The notes beneath the pieces were generated by a model. The model was not told where the DNA came from. It did not search any database and saw only the letters and a program-made list of their open reading frames with translations. Source: Eutreptiella sp. 'Long Island Sound 2002' (Eukaryota; Protista; Euglenida). From it: a DNA stretch of 64,000 nucleotides. Numbering within the stretch: the stretch's first letter is position 1; every line of letters starts with the position of its first letter. Positions 60,093-64,000 of the stretch are shown here, one piece after another. Where the stretch lies: positions 16,306,001 through 16,370,000 of the forward strand of contig OZ038378.1 of assembly GCA_964036045.1 (NCBI GenBank), written 5' to 3'. The position numbers were made by a program, and so were the translations under genes.

Positions 60093-62559
60093 AAATTCGA
60101 CCTCCTGTCCTCTCCCGAAAAGCCTTGCAATAAAGGGCTGCGTGGACGAGCTCAGACTTGCCAACGGAGCGCGGGTTGGCCCGAGTTATTGTCATTGCGG
60201 CATCCTGGAAGTGCCGAACTCTTGAACTTGTTCGTCAAAACGATTTTCCAGCATTTGAGGACGGATTTAGGCAAAGCAGAACATGCAACAGATTTGGGGA
60301 CTGGATCTCTTCACGAGCCGATTTTACGGTGTCGAAGAACAAGTTCTCACTTGCCATGAACCAACAATCTGAGCTGCCGTAGCGAAGTGCGCACGACCGG
60401 GAGCACAAGAGCACGGACGTGAGACGGTCCAAGATTCTCAGCATATCGAGAAGGCAGCGCAATGGGAGTGAGACTCATCATCTCCGGTGGTGCGTTTTGC
60501 CCGGCGTTGGAAGCATGGACATGTTCTTGTGCCCCAACATTAGTTGTCCTTTGCCTCGTGTGTAGTGCATTGTGGTAAGCAATGTGCGATTGGATTCCTC
60601 AACATGCCCAGTCTCACAAGGGTAATGTGTCGGACCAACGTGGACGCCAACATGGACCTTCTTGGTTGCGTAGTTTGCACGCGTGCCCATCAAACATGCA
60701 CTGCGTGTGGACGGGTAGTTCCTTTGAGCCTGGACCCAATGGACAATGCCAGTGTTTACATATCTTTTAGCTTCGGATCTGACCCCAATATCATCGATGA
60801 GCGTATTGGGGTCGTGGGTCTTGTTTCCCCAAACCTAAGGAAGACACTCGCATGTTAGAGCCGACAGCAACTGCAGCAGGGCTGGGCCGCCAACTCACCA
60901 AAGTCGGCACATCGGTCGTCAACGTTTTAGTGGAAGGAGGCCGGCGCGCTGTGGGGTATGGGGTGGGGGGGGGGGCAGATGAGAGTGTGAGCGTATGAAG
61001 AATTGATTTGGATGTGCCAGATGGGGGATGTGAAGCATCAGTTGCAGGATTCAATGCTGCGCAGGTGATTTTGTCACTGTATGTCGGTACTCCAAACTCC
61101 ATCCCCGCCACATCAGGCGATCATATGAGCTGACCCCATTCACCCCATGCATTGAAATGGAAAGCAATGTGTGACACAGCGACGTTGATTGCCGTCTGCC
61201 CTCCTTACCAGCGACCCAGGCATTAACTGGTGCAGGCGCCAACTCAGTGCCTTTGGACCGCTTTACGGACGCGTATGGCGAGACAGTTGTCGCTGGCGCT
61301 GATGGCTGCATGCCGAGCGGGTGGATTCTGTGCCGCGCCGCTGGCTGGTGGCCCGTCGCCTCATCGACATCCGAACGTGCCTGTGCAGGATAGGGTCGGG
61401 TGTGGTCGGTGCAGTGTATCCTCCAGCCCTCCAGGGGATGCAGCAATTTGCATCTGAGAAGGGGACCTTGAGTTGTCAATGTGCAGGCTCTCAGGCTCTG
61501 TCATTGGTTATGTATCAATAATGGTGACACTGACCTTGTTTTTGCCGTCTTTCAGCCGGCCAGGCGTTTGAACACAGCATCCTGCGCTTCCAGAGAAGGT
61601 GCCGAAGGTGAGCACAGTCGTTGTCCTTCTGCACCCATTTTGCATCGATTTCGGTGACGTCCCTGGGAAAGATCAAAGAAATGTCGTGCGTGGTGTTTTG
61701 GTTTTTCAGCTGCCTTCTCAGGGAACATGTCACGTAGCTCTGTCTGAAGATCATGGGGACTGGACTGGACTGCGCTGCACTGCACTGGACTCTGAGATGG
61801 ATTTGCACTTGTTTCCAGGGGTTTGATTAGACGAATCCTGGTTGGGCCCAAAGCTGTGTAACCAGGTTGTGCATGTCTATTTGAAGCATCAGGTACGCAC
61901 GAATGCAAAGCGAAAGGTGGGGGACCAGAAGGTGTTGTTTGTGAAGGTCGAAGATGCATGTGCCCCGTTTTGGAGGCACTAAGTCATGATGATCTGCGTA
62001 CTCGCTTTCTGCAGCCTCTGATGCATTTATGAGCAAGTTTGCTTGCTTTCGTCGTGCCTTAAGTCTTGTGACACTTGTGGGGGTCATGTCCCACCCATTT
62101 ACCATCATCATCGCAGTGGTGGGCTGTGTTTAGACTGGTGTGTTCCTCGGTGTCGTTTGTTCGGGCAGTCGTGGCTCATATGGCCTGCTCCATTGCACTG
62201 CAACTAGAACCGATCCCGAGTTAGGGAGTGAAAACCCAAATTCAGAACGATGCTCTCGCAGGTGTACTTGACACCCCAAACGTGCATTCATCTTGCCAGC
62301 ACACAAGCTGGATGGGCACTGCAGTATGTCCAGTGTCCAGTGACAAGTCTGCTGTGTCAACTGCTACTGTTGACCGAGGAAATGTGTTGGAGGGAGGGGG
62401 GGGGCGTGCCAGGGCAACCCCTGCTCAACCGGCATCAGGTGGGGGTGTCTCCCGCAGCCCAGATGGGCTGTTGGCGCAACAGAGCGGGAGCCCATCAGGG
62501 GCAGACCAGCCGTGAGGGGGAAAAGGACATATGGTGGACGGCCGGGACAGCGCGTGGAG

Positions 62560-62915
62560 GAACAGGGCACCTGGACCTCACGCACACAGAATCACAGCGA
62601 GGCAGGCTATGGACGGCCTGTGGACAGAGGCGCGTGGACAGCAAAAACAGTCAAACAACCCCGGCAACAACCAGCACATCCTCAATACGCCAATTATTGG
62701 GCACCGCTGACGCGCAAACGGCACACCATGCCACATTCAGCACAGCCCCAACACACCAACTACTGGGCTCCGCGAACGCGGAAACGACACCAGCAAGAGC
62801 ACCGGCCGCAGCGGCCGACAGAAAGCAGCAACCCGACGCAACATGCGAAGGGAAGAACGGGTGACTGTCCAGGGCCCCGTAAAGGAACAATAACCAGACG
62901 GAATGTCACAGAGGA
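62560..62915 (+). repeat. Dispersed repeat (copy of 29960-30320)
   Basis: Shares the caattattgggcaccgctgacg...gggtgactgtccagggcc block. Confidence 0.85.
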
Positions 62916-64000
62916 AGGGGGGGGGGGGCTTGTGTGGGAGTGCGGAAAGTTCACGATTGCACAGGATTGCAGCCCCTTGGCGTCCAGTACCATGCCAGAT
63001 GGGGGGCGATAGGGTGCAGGCTGTCTGCTTCTCAGCTGACCCATGTGTGCGGCTAGAGAGTTGTTCTGCGAGAGAGTGATGGGCCAAGACCGGACAATTT
63101 TCCTGCGTGCTGTTGTCTTTTGGTCAAGTCCAGCGCTTCAGTGTGGCCAGTGAAGTCAGGAAAATCAGGGGAATCTTTGAAGTTTTTGTCGATAAATCGG
63201 AGGGCAGTTGACGGCTGTGTGCAGCTAGTTCCCCCAGCGGAATTGGCAATGAAGTGGCCTTTTTTTGTGTGCATTGGGCACGGGTTATGTCACGGGGCAT
63301 TGTAAGAGATACTGAAACCCAAAGGGGAAGTCGGACAGAAAACGTGGTAGTGTAATCGATAAGTGGTACTGCAGGGTGTCAGTACAATCACACTGTACCC
63401 AAAATGTCCAGACACTACACAATACTCCCTGCATTACACATGATATCCACGTTGCAGACCTCACACGGTTAGTTTCGCCGAGCGGACGTCAGCAGTACGT
63501 TTTCGAATCTCGTAGTAAGGTGGCAGGGACCAGTGTACACAAAGTCACATGAGGCACTATGTTGCAACTATGCTACACAGCAGGCCCAGTTCAGTGCATT
63601 GCACTCATGGCTATTGGTGTCTTTGTGCCCGCTTTGTGTGATGGTGCATTGCATGTTCTTTTATCTACCGCGGTTATGGGGTCATTTTCATGGTAATGGG
63701 TCATTTGTTGGAAGTTGGGGTGGACGATGATTTTTGGACGTGCCGCATCTCGGTAACGAATCGCTGACACACAGACACACATTTCAACTGCTGAAGACAA
63801 CCACTACCATCATCATCGAGTACCAATTTGTGCACTCGGTTACAACATTTTAGGTTTTCTTCAAGCAAGATCTACTGAACTGTGTTACTGGTAGCCCGCG
63901 CTTTCGCATGCGGATACGCATCTGCTTGCAGCCCAAATCCCACATTTCCCTGTGGTGACAGCAGTTACACATGTGGTGACAGGGTGGTAACACATTGCTC

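Noticed and set aside
60087-62111. Possible convergent minus-strand gene ending next to the FAD1 stop
   Set aside because: Several AG/GT-bounded open segments exist, but there is no homology and no consistent frame across them.

Overview
This is repeat-rich eukaryotic genomic DNA with long GT-AG introns. A flagellated protist, possibly a euglenid or other euglenozoan, is my inference only. Two host genes can be spliced by eye. (1) A minus-strand tubulin-tyrosine-ligase-like gene, closest in motifs to the TTLL10 glycylases, has 7 core exons plus 1-3 candidate upstream exons over at least 17 kb (about 14.8-33.9 kb). (2) A plus-strand two-exon FAD synthase (FAD1 type, PAPS-reductase fold; 53073-53424 joined to 59746-60092) has a 6321-bp intron. 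The rest is mostly mobile or decayed DNA. A tyrosine-recombinase retrotransposon has the VIPER/TATE-like order gag-YR-RT (minus strand, about 3.1-9.2 kb). Two divergent Penelope-like reverse transcriptases both carry F[R/K]DN instead of YxDD and lack a C-terminal endonuclease; one is an uninterrupted ORF inserted into a tandem array of about 1.15-kb Helentron/HINE-like units. Other items are a possible Transib/RAG1-like transposase relic, LINE RT fragments, an intron-nested FG-GAP pseudogene, a degenerate tRNA/SINE head, a J-domain relic, a TIR-bounded G-rich element, and a palindrome-seeded foldback microsatellite. All family assignments come from motifs read by eye; no database searches were run.
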